DNA of 64,000 nucleotides from Carcharhinus longimanus (lineage: Eukaryota), in NCBI GenBank assembly GCA_030264375.1, contig JASCQW010000156.1, positions 24,090,829-24,154,828 on the forward strand, in the 5' to 3' direction. This document shows positions 35,768 to 47,497 of this stretch, in pieces. The stretch's first letter is position 1, and each line of letters opens with the position of its first letter. A program made the position numbers and the translations under genes. The notes beneath the pieces are model-generated. The model did no database searches. It had not been told where the DNA came from and was given only the letters and a program-made list of their open reading frames with translations.

Positions 35768-36465
35768 TAGCAAAATACTGCAGGTGCTGGAAATCTGAAA
35801 GAATAAAAAGTGCTCAGCAGGTCAGTTCGCATCACTGCAGGGAAAATGAGAGCAAGATGACTTTTCAGCAGAACTGAGGATAGGAATGGAGAGGGCTGGG
35901 AGGGGATGGAAATGAAAAATAAAATGGATGTTCTGTGATAGGGTGGACAGCCGGGGACATTAAATAACAAAATATTTCACAATGCAACAGCCAAAGTGGG
36001 AATGGATATAGTAAATAAAATGAGGTGCAAATGACTATTTAAATACCATCTGAATGTAGCATGGAAGGAGCAAGAAGACCAACCCAGTAAAACGAAGAAA
36101 GAAACGGAATAAGATGCAGGCCGAGGTTAATGTCTTAAGTTGTTGAACCCAATGTTGACTCCAGAAGGTAGTAGATGGCCTGGAACACAGTAGCAGACCG
36201 TAGGCAGAGAGGTTAGGGGGGAACAAGGTGGAGACTTATAATGACAAGCTTGGGGTTGTGCTTACAGAGTGAACGGAGGTATCCTGCAAAGAGAATCCCC
36301 CCAGTCCCAGTCTGATTTTGCAGAGGAGATCACATCTTAAGCAGCAAATACTGTGTACTAAATAGAGAGCACAGTTAAATCTCAATTTCATTTGGAAGGA
36401 GTGTTTAGGGTCTTGAATGGTGGGAAGAGAGGAGGGGAAGGACAGGTGTTGTATCTCCTGTGTGT
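35768..36465 (-). mobile_element. Penelope-like element, decayed GIY-YIG endonuclease region plus terminus
   Basis: Translation FQMKLRFNCALYLVHSICCLRCDLL resembles the RFTC..NLVYCIRC..CGLLYIG GIY-YIG signature of Penelope-like elements. The terminal repeat motif is at 35768-35860. Confidence 0.65.
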
Positions 36466-37332
36466 GGGAAGATGATACTGACTCCCAATTCTGATTTGTC
36501 AATAAACCCAGTAACCTCCAATTTGGAGTGTGTTTACAAGACACCGTACATATCCTGTTGCCTTTGAGATGAATGAGAGGCAATTGACCTGTTGTATCAG
36601 TTTGATGACAAACTGTGACCTGTAACATTTGACAGATTGGCCCATCTGGTTTCCATGCAGTCATTCAATAGCCATGGGCCATGGCTCAGCACTTTTCAAT
36701 ACTCTGCAAGATCACAGTTTCAAAATGCAGCTCTACGTAGAATCTCCAGCTTGGGAGAAGGTCAGTTTGAATGTTTACCTTCCACATAAAACCTCCTCCC
36801 ACTATTCTTCATTTGATCTGTCCACATAACCTATTCCTTTCCCCTGTGTACCTTAACTCAGCTTCCCTCTAAATGTATCTGTTTTTTGGTTCCATGGCTC
36901 CGTGTGAGTTGAACAGAAGGTGACCCAAAAATCCTTTCCATCAAGAAAATACATTCAGAAATCCAGAAAGTTAGCCTGGTATATTTTTCTAATCCTCTGT
37001 ATGTGAAATAAAAATACCATTGGGATAAAAACATAAATACATCAAAATATTGGAACTCTGCGGCTTACCACAGATGGTTTCCTTTTTTTAACCTTTTTGC
37101 CACCACTAAGTATTGCCAAATGTTAGTCCTGCTGCAGTAAAATAAAGAGGGATAAACTGTTATGTTGTATTGCCAACCAGTGTATCTTGGAAGTTAAATA
37201 TGAAGGAAGTTGCCAACTCAATAACCGCAACAGGAGCATTGTCCCCCTCAGAGAAATGCATCAAATTTAGTGTTGTACCCAGAGACTTAGTCTAGTTTCC
37301 AACAGGTGGTGCCTTATTGAAATGGATTCACT

Positions 37333-37887
37333 TCTTTTTTATTCATTCATAGGAAATGGGTGTCGCTGGTTGGCCAGCATTTATTGCCCATCCCTAGTTG
37401 CCCAAAGGCAGTTGTGAGTGAACCACGTTGCTGAGGCTCTGGAGTCACATGTAGGCCAGACCAGGTAAGGACAGCAGATTTCCTTCCCTAAAGAACACTA
37501 GTGAACCAGATGGGTTTTTCTGACAGTGGACAATGGTTGCATGGTCATCAGTACATTCTTAATTCCTGATATTTTTTATTGAATTCAAATTCCACCATCT
37601 GCCGTGGTGGGATTCGAACCCAGGTCCCCAGAACATTAGCTGAGNNNNNNNNNNNNNNNNNNNNNNNNNNNNNNNNNNNNNNNNNNNNNNNNNNNNNNNN
37701 NNNNNNNNNNNNNNNNNNNNNNNNNNNNNNNNNNNNNNNNNNNNGTAGATTCTTAATTCCAAATTTTTTTTTATTGAATTCAAATTACGCCATCTGCCGT
37801 GGCAGGATTCGAACCGGGTCCTCAAAGCATTAACCAAGTTTCTGGATTAATAATCTAGTGATAACTCCACTAGACAATCCTCTCCCC
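37333..37887 (-). mobile_element. Second tRNA-derived SINE family, with head duplicated across a gap
   Basis: gccagcatttattgcccatccctagttgccc...cagatttccttccctaaag...gggattcgaacccaggtccccagaacattagctgag. Confidence 0.8.
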
Positions 37888-38397
37888 TTACTTAAGCCGC
37901 TCCAGCTGGGGTCTTCCAATTACCCAGTTGGCAAAGGTCACTTGTAATGAAGCCATACAGACCAGATGGTGTCTGGTTTAATCATCAGTCAATGCAACAA
38001 TGAATCTTCTGTATCCTTTAAGGGCAGAAGTCCCACTTCTTGACATTATCGTGTTACTGGGAAATGTGTGTTTAAAGTTTATTTATTAGTGTCACCCCAG
38101 ATCAGTACCCTGGGTCTCTGCATTACTAGTCCAACAACAATACCACTGGACCACCACCTCCCTCCTTGTCTGCCCTTCCTCTGGAGGATGATGTTAAACT
38201 CCAATCCTCCTGTCCCGCTGCTTTTGGCCAGATTGACCTTTCACACTGACAACTATATTTGGACAAATTGGCTTACTTCTCAAATCTTCATCTCAGGGAG
38301 ACTTGTACATCTGAATTGTACAGCTGGCTGGTATAGATACACTTGCTTCTGTGACCTCTGTGCCAAATATGTATTTTCCTATTGCACAGAATTGTAC

Positions 38398-38715
38398 GGG
38401 CAGCATGGTGGCAGAGTAGTTAGCACTGCTGCCTCACAGTGCTAGGGATCCGGGTTCAATTCGTGTCTTGGGTCGCTGTCTGTGTGGAGTTTGCACGTTC
38501 TCCCCGTGTCTGCATGAGTTTCTTCTGGATGCTTTGGTTTCCTCCCAAAGTCCAAAGAAGTGCGGGTTAGTTTGATTGGCCATGCTAAATTGCCCCTTAG
38601 TGTCAGCGGGATTAGCAGGGTAAATATGTGGGGTTACGGGAATAGGGCCCAGGTGGGATTGTGGTCAGTGCAGACTCGATGGGCCGAATGGCCTTCTGCA
38701 CTGTAGGGATTCCAG
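38398..38715 (+). mobile_element. HE1-like V-SINE (CR1-type tail)
   Basis: Well-preserved head ccgggttcaattc and tail gactcgatgggccgaatggccttctgcactgtagggattc. Confidence 0.88.
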
Positions 38716-39382
38716 AAGCACCTAGACAACACTTGTATTGTTCTTGCTAGAAAGACTACTAAAAGGATGACGTTAAGAACAGCTGCATTCCTGCCAAGGC
38801 TGAGAGTTGTAAATGTGGCCGCCATCTTTAAGAGGGGAGCAATGTTCAGCAGCGCACATGCCTGGTCATCACACCCTGCGATTGCAAATATTGCAGAGTA
38901 AAACTCTCTCATATAAAAAGAGGAAATCGCATTTCTTTATAATCTTTGTAGCCGCCCTGAGGTGCCTGAAATTCCCACTCCAGAATTTCCCTGTGATCCA
39001 GGTGTGTCACTGAGGGACAAGCCACAAAACTGTAAATGGAATTGCGTCCATCACGAGGTGTATCCACTACCTCCCCATTCCCGGGATCTGCGGGATGGCT
39101 GTGCCCTGATTGCCTGCCCGTAGCAGGGCGCAGAGAGCAAGCAGCCTCGTGACATCCTGAACGGAATATTGATGGGTGAGAGTTATAGCAAAGAGAATGG
39201 GTTTGAGAACTGCATCACCAGGTGTACTGGCGCCCGGGAGGGAGAGGGATGAGAAGCAATCAGCAACAATAAGTTTAACCGGTGAATACTGTTTAAAGTT
39301 TTGAGAGGAATTCTATGGTTGTTCTGTTGATTTCGAAAAACTATTCGATCGGGTTAACTAGATTAAACCCTTGACACTGTTT

Positions 39383-39563
39383 AAAGTTTATTTATTAGTG
39401 CCACGAGTAGGTTTACATTCACAGTGTAATGAAGTTACTGTGAAAATCCCTTAGTTGCCACACTCCGGCGCCTGGTCGGGTACACTGAGGGAGAATTTAA
39501 AATGGCCAATGCACCTAACCAGCACGTCTTTAGAATTGTGGGAGGAGACCGGAGCACCCAGAG
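39383..39563 (-). mobile_element. HE1-like V-SINE 3' half, type-2 tail
   Basis: tttatttattagtgccacgagtaggtttacatt...gaagttactgtgaaaatcccttagttgcc is the reverse complement of the type-2 tail. Confidence 0.8.
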
Positions 39564-39649
39564 GTGTGAACTGATATCAATTGGTCAAGTCCTTGGACGC
39601 CATTATTGAATGGTTCTTTTGTGCAGTCTTTTCTTTAGAAAGCCCAAGA

Positions 39650-40090
39650 TGGGACATAGGGACGTAAGAACATAGGAATCAGGAGCAGGGTTGGCAAATT
39701 CAGCCCTTCGAGCCTGCTCCACCATTCAATCAGATCATGGCTGATCTCAAATCCACCTCCCCAGCTGTTCCCCATATCCCTCTTTATTAGAAATATATCT
39801 ACCTCCTTTTTGAAACCCTTCAATGATTCAGACTCCATTGCGCAAGTTCCACAAATTCACCACCCTCTGCAAGAAGTAGTTCCTCCTCATCTCAGTTTTA
39901 AATCTACCGCCTCTTCTATACCTGCGACCTCTTGTTCTAAATTGCTCTGTAAGAGGAATCATTTGGTCTACATTTACTCTAACAATCCCTTCTAGTATTT
40001 TATATGCATCGATCAGATCCCCCTCATCCTTCTAAACTATAAACCCAAACTGTTTAATCTCGCATCATACGTCAACCCTTTCATCCCTGG
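39650..40090 (-). mobile_element. CR1 LINE 3' end
   Basis: Reverse complement of the family at 860-1268. Confidence 0.8.
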
Positions 40091-40304
40091 AAGTAGCAAG
40101 AGAGTTACAGGAATCCTTAATGATAAAATGACCAGGTGAGTAAGCAACTGGCCAGCAAAACGCCCATGAGTAAGCACAGTAACCCAGACAAGTAGACACG
40201 CCAAAAAACTTCATCAAACCAGCCGCAATCCAAAACTCCTGATTAAAAACAGTACACCTGTTCGTCCCCACCAGGTAACCACGCAAAAGAATAAAGGGTT
40301 AAAT

Positions 40305-40790
40305 AAAAGCAAAATATTGCAGAAGCTGAAAATCTGAAATAGAAACAGAAAATACTGGATAAACTCAACAAGTCTGGCAGGATCTGTGGAGAGAGAAACA
40401 GCGTTAATGTTTCGGATCTGAGCCGTCCTTCAACAGAACTGAAGCAAGGTAGAAGTGTACAGAGTATAGATTTGGAAGAGAAGGGTGGAGGAGGTTGGGT
40501 AGAGTAGAAGACCGGGGTAGATTGGGGCACAGGAAATAGGGACACGTTTGTCCTAGATTTAAGAGCAAGGGCAGTGTTAATGGTGCCATTAGGGATGAAG
40601 AGTGCTAACAGTGGCAAAAGATGAGAGAGCAGAATGTGTTAATGGAGCAATTGAACAACCAGGGACAGGTGGCCAAGTAGGGGAGGGATGGAGTTGCGTT
40701 GGGGGAAGCTGGGAAGCTGAAAATCAATGGAAAACAGATCACAAAAGGGGGAGGGGCTGGTTTAAGATGGAGAGGGAAGTTTACTGTCGA
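40305..40790 (-). mobile_element. Penelope-like terminus and flank
   Basis: aaaagcaaaatattgcagaagctgaaaatctgaaatagaaacagaaaatactggataaactcaacaagtctggcaggatctgtggagagag...tttcggatctgagccgtccttcaacagaact. Confidence 0.6.
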
Positions 40791-40794
40791 ACGT

Positions 40795-41057
40795 TTGAAT
40801 CAATTTATTATTGTCACATGTATTGGGATACGGTGAAAAATATTGTTTCTTGCGTGCTATACAGACAAAGCATACAGTTTATAGAGTACAAGGGGGAGAA
40901 GGAAAGGAGAGGGTGCAGAATGTAATGTTACAGTTATAGCTAGGGTATACAGAAAGATCAACTTAATATGAGGTAGGTCCATCCAAAAGTCTGACAGCAG
41001 CAGAGAAGAAGCTGTTCTTGAGTTGGTTGATTTGTGACCTCAGACTTTTATATCTTT
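40795..41057 (-). mobile_element. Rex1/Babar-type LINE 3' end
   Basis: Translation RYKSLRSQINQLKNSFFSAAVRLL is a typical Rex1/Babar ORF C-terminus; tail catgtgacaataataaattgattcaa. Confidence 0.7.
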
Positions 41058-41277
41058 NNNNNNNNNNNNNNNNNNNNNNNNNNNNNNNNNNNNNNNNNNN
41101 NNNNNNNNNNNNNNNNNNNNNNNNNNNNNNNNNNNNNNNNNNNNNNNNNNNNNNNNNNNNNNNNNNNNNNNNNNNNNNNNNNNNNNNNNNNNNNNNNNNN
41201 NNNNNNNNNNNNNNNNNNNNNNNNNNNNNNNNNNNNNNNNNNNNNNNNNNNNNNNNNNNNNNNNNNNNNNNNNNNNN

Positions 41278-41502
41278 TGAGTCACGTACCACTTGACTCA
41301 AGAACAGCTTCTTCCCTGCTGCTGTCAGACTTTTTAATGGATTTACCTCGCATCAAGTTGATCTTTCTCTACACCCTAATGATTGTAACACTAGATTCTG
41401 CACTCTTGCGTTTCCTTCTCCAGGAATGTTTTGTCTGTACAGCGCGCAAGAAACAATACTTTTCACGGTATACTAATACCTGTGACAATAATTAATCAAA
41501 TC
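41278..41502 (+). mobile_element. Rex1/Babar-type LINE 3' end
   Basis: gactcaagaacagcttcttccctgctgctgtcagactt (LKNSFFPAAVRL); tail ttttcacggtatactaatacctgtgacaataattaatcaaatc. Confidence 0.7.
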
Positions 41503-41509
41503 AGACTTA

Positions 41510-41765
41510 AGCCTCATAGTGCCAGGGACCTGGGTTTGATCCCTGGCTTGGGTCACTGTCTATGCAGAGTCTGCACGTTCTTCCTGTGTCTGTGTGGGCT
41601 TCTTCCAGGTGCTCCGGTTTCCTTTCCTCCCACAGTCTGAAAGACATGCTGGTTAGATGCATTGGCCATGCTAAATACTCGTTAGTGTGCCTGAACAGGC
41701 ACCAGAGTGTGGCGACTAGGGAATTTTCACACAACTTCATTGCAGTGTTAATGTAAGCCTACTTT
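41510..41765 (+). mobile_element. HE1-like V-SINE, type-2 tail
   Basis: HE1-like body followed by ggcgactagggaattttcacacaacttcattgcagtgttaatgtaagcctac. Confidence 0.8.
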
Positions 41766-41954
41766 AAAATTGTAAGTTTTTGGTTATCTCACCCAATATC
41801 CCCACCATGTGTTTTGATTTATAGTGCTCCTCTGAAGCACTATGGAGATTTTATTATGTCAAAGTTCTATATCTTTATAAGTTGCTATTGAACCAGTTTG
41901 TGCAATGTGGTTTTCAAGGTTAGTTTTTTGCTGCTGCTTTAAGCAGTCAGACAT

Positions 41955-42082
41955 CGGCAGGAATTTTACCACCTTGTCCATTCCGGAATCAGGGTGGGCA
42001 TGGCTCGCAGAACGGAATTCTCCATTGGCCTCGGACGGGATTTTACCAGCCCCGCCTGAGCGTGGTTGTAAAATCCCACCCA
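41955..42082. mobile_element. MITE (GGCAGGAATTTTACC ... TGTAAAATCCCACCC termini)
   Basis: Imperfect TIRs; body shared with 48023-48125 and 22531-22634. Confidence 0.55.
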
Positions 42083-42195
42083 TTGGGTTTAATTGCGGGG
42101 CTGAGAAGCAATTTGGATCATATTTCATCTCTGTAATAAACAGGTTTCAATCTCTACAAAAAAATTCAAAGTTTCAACAGAGCGTCAGCTTCACG

Positions 42196-42495
42196 TAGAA
42201 TCTCTGCAGTGCAGAAGGAGGCCATTCAGCCCATTGAGTCTGTACCAACTCTTTGACAGAGAATCCCAACGGTCCCAAAACCCAAACCCCATGTATTTAC
42301 CCCACCAATCCCCCTAACCTACACTTCTTTGGACACACGGGGGCAATTTAGCACGGCCAATCCACCTAACCTGCACAACTTTGGAGTGTGGGAGGAAACC
42401 CAGGCAGACACAGGGAAAATGTGCAAACTCCACACAGTCACCCGAGGCTGGAATTGAACCTAGGTCCCCAGCAGCAGTGCTAACCACCGTGCTAT
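42196..42495 (-). mobile_element. HE1-like V-SINE
   Basis: Reverse complement of the HE1-like consensus seen elsewhere in the window. Confidence 0.82.
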
Positions 42496-43824
42496 CACAG
42501 CCTAGTTTCGATGCTCCATCCTGTCAAATAATCTGTAAACCTTCGAGGTTCTGGCCTTCACCTTGTGCTGGGAAATGAGAAATTACTTAGTTCCATGAGA
42601 TTGAGAGTGTGACAAATTGAGTTGGTGAATTGGAAGTGTTTAATATTGAAGCATAATGCAGCTATTCATTAACCATGGGCGATGACTCAACTGTAGGAAC
42701 AGAACTCTGATAGTCTACTAATTACTGGTCTATTCTTATTAAACAACTTGATTCAGTCACTCACTGATACAAATCAACATTGCCCATTTTAGATTGGAGA
42801 AGTGAGAGACTCTCATTCACAAGCGATGAGTATTTCAAATCTCTCTCTTTTCTTACCACATTGCTATCAAACATTTTAATTTCCTCTCTGCCTGCTATGA
42901 CTCAGGCTATAACAAGGACTGAAGTTCAAATGTATCCATAACATTCACTTCTGATACTGAACCCTCCAGCTCTCTGCCAAGTGACAGCAGCCAAATAATC
43001 TCTCGGGAAACGCCCTTCCAAACATCTTGGATCGGAGCCAGGTCTTGAAGTGAATGCACAACACCTGAAGCTGGCAGGATTCCCCCCTGCTGCATTCCAC
43101 AGAGGCCACAAACTCGCACCTGGGACGTGCAAAACATTGATGTGCTTCACTTCACACTGCTAGGGCTGGGTCAGTCAGCAGTAAATGGAAACTAGACCTC
43201 TTCCATCACCACTGTGTCCAATGTCAGGGCCATGCAGTATTGTACAGGTCCACGGAGAGAAATCACTACCTCTGGTCCTTCTCCTGTTTCCAGTCCCCTA
43301 ATAGCTACCCCCTCCCCCCCCCGCNNNNNNNNNNNNNNNNNNNNNNNNNNNNNNNNNNNNNNNNNNNNNNNNNNNNNNNNNNNNNNNNNNNNNNNNNNNN
43401 NNNNNNNNNNNNNNNNNNNNNNNNNNNNNNNNNNNNNNNNNNNNNNNNNNNNNNNNNNNNNNNNNNNNNNNNNNNNNNNNNNNNNNNNNNNNNNNNNNNN
43501 NNNNNNNNNNNNNNNNNNNNNNNNNNNNNNNNNNNNNNNNNNNNNNNNNNNNNNNNNNNNNNNNNNNNNNNNNNNNNNNNNNNNNNNNNNNNNNNNNNNN
43601 NNNNNNNNNNNNNNNNNNNNNNNNNNNNNNNNNNNNNNNNNNNTCCTTCCCCTTGTCCTAGCTGAGGTCAGATTGAGAAGCAATGCGGAACCATTGCTGT
43701 CTGCCTTTCCCTCATCTCCTGACTACACTGTGCATCAAGGTAAGGACTAAACCAATTCCATTAGCACCTCCACATTCAGCAGCAAAGAAACATTTTTATT
43801 GTGCATTAAAAATAAGCGAATTGT

Positions 43825-44112
43825 AGCAAAGAAAGGTCAGGCAGCGTGCCTTAATGACTATCGCCCAGTAGCTCTGACATCCATCATTATGAAGTTTTTT
43901 GGAAGGTTAGTCATGGCACAAATCAATTCCAGCCTCCTGGACTGCCTGATAGTTCACTTATCATTGCAACTGGTCCACAGCATATACCATCTCCCTGGCC
44001 TTACACTCAACCCTGAAAGGCCTGGATAACAAGGACACCTATGTCAGGCTCTCATTCATACACTACAGCTCAGACTTCATCTCCAAACGCCATGGCCTGG
44101 GGCTGGGCTCCT
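43825..44112 (+). mobile_element. Rex1/Babar-type LINE RT fragment
   Basis: [36 protein letters not shown] is the conserved start of the RT domain. Confidence 0.8.
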
Positions 44113-44994
44113 CCCAGGAATCAAACCCGGGTCCCTGGAGCTGTGAGGCAGTAGTGCTAACCCACTGTGCCACTGTGCTGCCCAAATAGGTTAATACTTA
44201 CTCACATTATAACTATGCAAAGTTACTGTGTCACTATTTCCCCGCTGTTTTCAAATGGAAAATGTGACAAGCAATTCCCATTCAAGTGTTTTTATGAACA
44301 ACTTAAAAATTCTTGGTAAGACTGTGGAAAAGAATTAAGCTAGTCCTGAAAAGCTGGTGTTCTTTGCCACCTTGTGGTGTGTTGCAGTACTGCAGAGCTT
44401 TCTGCTGAACCGGGGGCGGGGGTGGGGGATGAGTCACACTTGTTTTTCAGTACATGGGTTGGCCCCACAATAATTATTTGGCCACAGGCAACTGGAACGT
44501 GGACCTGATGGTTCACAGTCCTGATTGCAGTGGTTTGTCCGGAAACTTGGAAAAACGGGGCAGATTACCACCTTTCTCCTATTTAATCAATTTGATCCTT
44601 TCAGAAGTAAAAAGTGAGTGTGAGGAGGCTGGAGGCAGTGGAGGGAAGCCCTGCCTTGGAAAGAGGTAACTGAGAGGGGACCTTGTAGAAGCATTTCAGA
44701 TTCATTGCTGAAAAAAGATACGTGCAGTTGAAGATTTACGTCTTGCACCCATCAGGACAGATTCATGATACCAAATCTCAAAAGCAACAACAACTTATGC
44801 TGCATGAAAAGAGAGTACTGATTGATTAGCAGGTGGACTCTGAAGGGTAGAGGATTTGGCATGTGGAATGCATCAGGGCTCAGTAAACTGCCAAGCTTTT
44901 GTTTAAATTTAAACCAGGCCAGTCAATTCTGGTTGGTATGTGTTGTGTTGCTGTGGGGAATGAACCAGGGAATGGCTGTCCCCCAAATGTTTGT

Positions 44995-45430
44995 TTAGTT
45001 GATAAAGATGCAACGTGTGGACACATTCTTCCTGTTTGCCAAAGACAGGCCTTTATGTGTGATCAACCGGGGGATTATGTCAAAGATCCGGCAGAATAGC
45101 TCATCACCAGAACTTCCCAACCAGCAGCGAGGTGCAGCTTCATTGATGGTGAGAAAGGCCCTCTCTATCAGATTCTTCCTGCACGCCTGGAGTCCCATCA
45201 CCTCCATGTGCCGCCTTCGAGACGAATGCAGCGGGGAAGAGGCCATCACCCTGGTAAGGCAGGTCTGGAGGGAGAGGCAGTGGTTTATGTTGAGGTTCAT
45301 TCTGAGCAGTTCCATTGGACTGTGTGCCCTAGAGGCTGTGCCCAAGGCAGCGCACCTAGGCAAACATGACTGGGGGACCATCAACTCGATAAAAGATACT
45401 TCTGGGTTTGTCCGAAACTTTTTGGTCTTC
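44995..45430 (-). CDS. Candidate coding exon of an unrecognised gene
   Basis: Acceptor-like cctgcaacacag|G at 45431-45433, then open frame KTKKFRTNPEVSF...MELLRMNLNINHCLSLQTCLTRVMASSPLHSSRRRHMEVMGLQACRKNLIERAFLTINEAAPRCW with visibly G/C-rich third positions. No homolog recognised. Confidence 0.3.
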
Positions 45431-46236
45431 CTGTGTTGCAGGATGGCAGATTCCAAAGTTCAGGAATAAGCGCTCAGAGGCCCATTAAAGCTGGAGGAAT
45501 CTGCCACAAAGATTTGATTGAGAAAAGCCAGTGCTTAAGGCACTCCTGCCTTAGGGACATGTAGGGGCTGGAAACTGTGTAAATCGCCTGATATGAAACA
45601 AAGATTGTAAATGTAACCAGCAGCTGTCGGAGCCATCGCAAGGTGCCATATACTGTACTGAAAGATCTGCTCTGTGCATTGTGCACTGCTAAAGTTGATC
45701 TGTTATGTAATGTACTTTTAGAAATCTTACAGATAAAATATATTTTGGGGGAACAGTGGAATATGAGACAGTAATGTGAGAGAGAGAGAGAATGGTAAGC
45801 ATCAAATTGCACTGACAACAGTTAGTTTTTTCTCAGGATAGTAAGAGTGAGTGTGAGACTGGTCAAACTGTACCATTCTGATGTAGAGACTCCGTGATGT
45901 TAGATAGACTGTGTGCACAGAGAGCCTGAGAGGAGTCAGCACTAAGATAGCACTGAGATAGGGTTATACCTTGGAGATCTGCACATTGGTATGTATGAAT
46001 GTACAGGCACACAGGCCTCCAAACTGAGACACCAAACCACCTTACAAACCATAACAACATCTTAAACTTTATTGTAGATGGGAGGGAGAATCGTCAAACT
46101 GGAAATGTCTCTATGTTTCTGAAACCTAGGATTTTCCTTTTCATGTATATTTATATTTCCCTGTTTATCCGGACACAAACATAGAAACTAGAAGCAGGAA
46201 TAGGCCATTCGGCCCTACAAGCCTGCTCTACCATTA

Positions 46237-46546
46237 TCATAGAATCCCCACAGTGCAAAAGGGGACCATTCGACCCATCGAGTCTGCACTGGCCACAATC
46301 CCATCCAGGCCCTATTCCCACAACCCCATATATTTACCCTGTTAATCCCCCCGATGCTAAGGGTCAATTTAATATGGCCAATCCACCTTACCCGCACATC
46401 TTTGGCGTGTGGGAGGAAACCGGAGCACCCGGAGGAAACCCAGGCAGAGAACATGCAACCTCCACACAGACAGTGACCCAAGCCGGGAATTGAACCTGGG
46501 TCGCTGGCGCTGTGAGTCAGCAGTGCGAACCACTGCGCCGCCCCAT
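46237..46546 (-). mobile_element. HE1-like V-SINE nested in a CR1 3' end (46180-46640)
   Basis: The CR1 tail ggccattcggccctacaagcctgctctaccatt is interrupted by the SINE and resumes as atcatgatcatggctgg. Confidence 0.8.
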
Positions 46547-46699
46547 ATCATGATCATGGCTGGTTATCAAATTCAATATCCTGATCCCACCTTCCTCCCC
46601 AGATCCCTTTAGCCCCAAGACTGAAATCTAATTTCTTTCTGAAATCAAATCGCTGCAGTAAAACCACCCAACAAAAAACATTTAATCAACTACTTCACT

Positions 46700-47020
46700 G
46701 AGCGAGCGTCACTGTGACTTCAGTTTGAGTTTCCAGCGCAGTGTTGAGAGGATGAGTAGCTTCTGCCTCTGCTGCGATAGGCTGTCAGCTTCGCCTCACC
46801 GGAGTGACATTCCATCTCACTCAGAAAGCTCCGGCAATTCGACCCCACAATCGAGGCGCATTCCCCACTGCAGACGGGAGATAGTGCTGGAATGTCGGGA
46901 GCGAGGTGAAGCCGAGGTCCCGGCCTACCCTTTCCGGTGAATATAAAAGATTCCGTGTTCGGAAAGAGGAATTCATCCCGATAGGCTGGCCATCTCCCAA
47001 TCAGCATCACCGGAATACTT
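46700..47020. promoter_or_regulatory. CpG-rich promoter-like patch / candidate first exon
   Basis: Locally high CpG in a CpG-poor background. ETS-like CCGGAA motifs (46932-46937 on -, ~47010 on +), CCAAT at 46997, TATAAAA at 46942 on +, and a - strand donor CCG|gtgagg at 46800/46799. Confidence 0.4.
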
Positions 47021-47061
47021 CATCTGTCAGTTAATTCATTGTTTGGAGGAGATTTTAAAAA

Positions 47062-47265
47062 TTCATTTGGGGGACACGGACTTCGCTGGCTGGCCAGCAT
47101 TTATTGCCCATCCCTAGTTACCCTTGGAGGGCAGTTGAGAGTCAACCACATTGTACTGGAGTCTCGTGTAGACCAGACCGGGTAAGGACGGCAGATTTCC
47201 TTCCCTAAAGGAACCGGATGGGTTTTTCCACCAATCGACAATGGTTTCATGGTCATCAGTAGATG
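47062..47265 (-). mobile_element. Second tRNA-derived SINE family (3' part)
   Basis: gctggccagcatttattgcccatccctag...ggtaaggacggcagatttccttccctaaag. Confidence 0.8.
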
Positions 47266-47497
47266 TTTAAAAGAAATTCCAGGCTTTATTTTTTTGCTGT
47301 GTGCAAACTGAGTGCCACATTTTCTCAGCTGGTGACAGCAACTGGACTTCAAATTACCCAGCAGTCTGTGGTGCACTTTGACCTGGAGACGTGTGAAGCA
47401 CGTTACCTATCGTCGCAAATGTTTTCTTATTATTTCCCATTGCAAGTGGGTGTGACTTAGAAATGTAAAGTGATTGTATTGAAGTGGCTTTTTGTCC

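Noticed and set aside
36035-36226. ORF starting FPPNLSA, reminiscent of the chymotrypsin C propeptide (an expected EFHD2 neighbour)
   Set aside because: It lies inside a decayed Penelope GIY-YIG fragment and is not followed by RVVGG or any protease motif.
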